64,000 nt of DNA from Verrucomicrobiia bacterium (lineage in GTDB: Bacteria > Verrucomicrobiota > Verrucomicrobiia > Limisphaerales > UBA1319): contig OY760937.1 in NCBI GenBank assembly GCA_963664225.1, positions 2,688,001-2,752,000 on the forward strand, written 5' to 3'. This document shows positions 59,187 through 64,000 of the stretch, in pieces. Positions within the stretch are counted from its first letter, which is position 1. Each line of letters opens with the position of its first letter. The notes below the pieces were generated by a model. The model had not been told where the DNA came from and made no database searches. It worked only from the letters and a program-made list of their open reading frames with translations. The translations under genes were made by a program, and so were the position numbers.

Positions 59187-60607
59187 GGTTCGACCTCCTC
59201 GTCCTCGGGTTCCACAGCTTCTTCCTCGTCGCGCTCCGGTTCTTCGACTGGCGGTTGTTCCTCCATAAAGTGAAACGAGACTGGACTCTCAAACAACATC
59301 GGAATCCGCTTTGCGCCAAGTTGCTGATCAGAGGACAATGGAATCAGGATTTCATCGCTATGGGAGCCTGCTAGAAACGACATCGTCGCCAGTATTCGGT
59401 CGAGCCAATCGTCATTATACCAGTTCTTGCATTGGCTGCGGCGGGCCGCGTGCTGTTTCGCTTTGCTCTCGTAGAGAACGCCATTTTCCGTGAACGCGAC
59501 GTGCGCTTTGATCGCAAATCCAGTGAACGGCCAGAAGACAGGGCGCGCCTGAATTCCAAAATGCCAGTTGCGATAACGGGTTATGCCTTCGTTCGCAGTG
59601 AACGATTTGTATCCGACCATTGCTCGCCAGCCTCTTTCACCTGCGGGATTCAAGAAGAACACCTTGTCGTTTTCGATTAAGCCCTGCTTGAACCAGTAAA
59701 ATCTTGCGCCGCCGGACAGTTCATACGGCAACAGCCCCTTGGATACAGCAAACCGTTCAAATCCATCCTTAAACATGCCGATCAGGATGTAGCGCGCGTC
59801 TCGTCGCTCGATTTGTGGATGCTTCAGCCCGTCCTTTCTGAATCCTTCTGCGCTCAATTCCAGGCTATTGACTATTTCCAGCCCATGTTCACCGAGCCCG
59901 GCGGAAAGTTCGTCTGCCTTTTCAAATGAAAATAGGCAACTGCCGTGTGGTCGGGTCGGGACTGAGAACTTAAGAACATCATCTTTGACCGCTTTCTCAA
60001 ATTTGTCCTGCGGGTCAATCGAATGCAGCCAGACCGTCTTGGGCAGTTGCGTGAACTCGAACCAGTTCGATGCGCAGCGTTCTGGTGTGGGGAGCACGCC
60101 TTCCGCCACTGAGTAATTATCCCGCCACCACTTCGTCACGGAATCGGGGGAGAAACGCGCGTCGCGTGCAATGCCATCTTCTTGCAGCTTCTCCAGCAGC
60201 TTCCCGTAGCCAACAGCCCAGCCTTTCGAGAAATCAATGCAGTTCAATCGTTGAAGCTCGATGTTGATGTCGTCATGGCGGATATCATCTATCCGAAGGG
60301 GAATAATGAAGTCATGGATGCTCCTCCCGACTTTTCGGGCGACGGTCAACTCCATCAACGCACCCTGTTTCTGGTTCGACGTTTTCGAGAGCACGAACAG
60401 GAACTTTGCCGTCCTCTCGCGTATCGCGACCTCGATGTCCCGCCAAAATTCTTCTCCGCCGAGTAGCTTTGTCAGGTCGGACCACATCGGATAACCTTCC
60501 CGCGCTAGACGCAGCGCAAGCCATCGCGTGAACAAGTTGTCCTCTGGATTCGCATGGCTCACAAAAATCATGTTGCGCATGCCGGATGAACTGCTTGTGG
60601 GTTGCAT
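59183..60607 (-). CDS. TIR-APAZ NADase (SPARTA effector)
   Basis: RNMIFVSHANPED, GALMELTVA (catalytic Glu), SNWF, RRSQCKNWYNDDW and an acidic C-terminal tail; ATGA overlap with pAgo; alternative start at 60580. Confidence 0.93.
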   Translation of the reverse strand: MQPTSSSSGMRNMIFVSHANPEDNLFTRWLALRLAREGYPMWSDLTKLLGGEEFWRDIEVAIRERTAKFLFVLSKTSNQKQGALMELTVARKVGRSIHDFIIPLRIDDIRHDDINIELQRLNCIDFSKGWAVGYGKLLEKLQEDGIARDARFSPDSVTKWWRDNYSVAEGVLPTPERCASNWFEFTQLPKTVWLHSIDPQDKFEKAVKDDVLKFSVPTRPHGSCLFSFEKADELSAGLGEHGLEIVNSLELSAEGFRKDGLKHPQIERRDARYILIGMFKDGFERFAVSKGLLPYELSGGARFYWFKQGLIENDKVFFLNPAGERGWRAMVGYKSFTANEGITRYRNWHFGIQARPVFWPFTGFAIKAHVAFTENGVLYESKAKQHAARRSQCKNWYNDDWLDRILATMSFLAGSHSDEILIPLSSDQQLGAKRIPMLFESPVSFHFMEEQPPVEEPERDEEEAVEPEDEEVEP

Positions 60608-60627
60608 GGTCAGAAGGGGTATTCAGG

Positions 60628-61062
60628 TCAGTATAAGATAGGATTCCCACACTTCGCGCAGACGGTCGTTTGATAACTGCTGGCCTCGACGTGGAAGTGA
60701 TGCACTTTTTGATCGTCCTCTGGGAAAACGATTTTGATCGCGTCACCGGAAAACACTGGTGCATTGTTCTTCCAGCAAGTTCCCAAGGACGAACTGGCAT
60801 ACCAAATCACGTTCTTCATTCCGTTGGCATCAATCTCCAAGCTTCCCGACAGACTGCCGGAAACGTAGTAGTTCTTGTAAGCCTCGTAGGTGGGATCGTC
60901 GTATATGGAGTTTTTCTCGACCCAACTGCCAGATGCCGGAGTGGTGTGTTTAACGAACTTCTGGAGTTGGTAACTGCTGCCCGTCAAATTGACCGCTTCC
61001 GGGTTCGTGGTTGGATAGTGCCTAAGCGCTTGGGCACAAGGATGACAATAGTGAGAGCTCAT
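60628..61062 (-). CDS. Unknown 144-aa protein with terminal CxxC pairs (putative Zn-clasped nuclease-like domain)
   Basis: AAGGA RBS; CHPC at the N-terminus and CAKC at the C-terminus; KFVKH and VHHFH motifs; tightly packed in the operon. Confidence 0.7.
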   Translation of the reverse strand: MSSHYCHPCAQALRHYPTTNPEAVNLTGSSYQLQKFVKHTTPASGSWVEKNSIYDDPTYEAYKNYYVSGSLSGSLEIDANGMKNVIWYASSSLGTCWKNNAPVFSGDAIKIVFPEDDQKVHHFHVEASSYQTTVCAKCGNPILY

Positions 61063-61078
61063 TTGCGGTGTGTCCTTT

Positions 61079-63976
<2,898 letters not shown>

Positions 63977-64000
63977 GATTTGGGATAGAAGCTTTGAATC

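Overview
GC-rich bacterial chromosome segment, probably Verrucomicrobiota (inferred from the PEP-CTERM protein, Tat-exported Gfo/Idh/MocA and DUF1080 glycan enzymes, and the integrase type). Positions 1-42.5 kb are core and metabolic: a tandem-domain adenylate kinase, a sulfate-assimilation operon (cysI-cysH-cysD-cysNC), a GntR-headed glycan operon (ThuA/DUF1080, GH43-like, GH9-CBM3, oxidoreductase), an ABC exporter, a fucose isomerase-like gene, S8 and M16 peptidases, a LysR/pirin/YceI/nitroreductase cluster, GH127, ahpC and a CvpA-family gene. A complete IS110 element (13687-14861) interrupts the ThuA/DUF1080 gene. Its CT core duplication, empty site and the donor- and target-binding guide loops of its bridge RNA can all be read from the sequence. 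After tRNA-Cys (42562-42636) an integrative island begins. It carries a tyrosine integrase with an atypical active site, a 1.75-kaa DarB-like methylase/helicase with an overprinted small gene, and a convergent 14.4-kb co-oriented defence cluster. In that cluster a DUF1156 methylase and a Swt1-HEPN/DUF499 ATPase bracket an unknown CxxC...CxxC protein, a TIR-APAZ plus short Argonaute (SPARTA) pair and an AbiE toxin-antitoxin pair, followed by a GHKL/MORC-nuclease plus RES gene pair. The island runs past the window end. All family assignments come from motif recognition by eye; no database searches were run.
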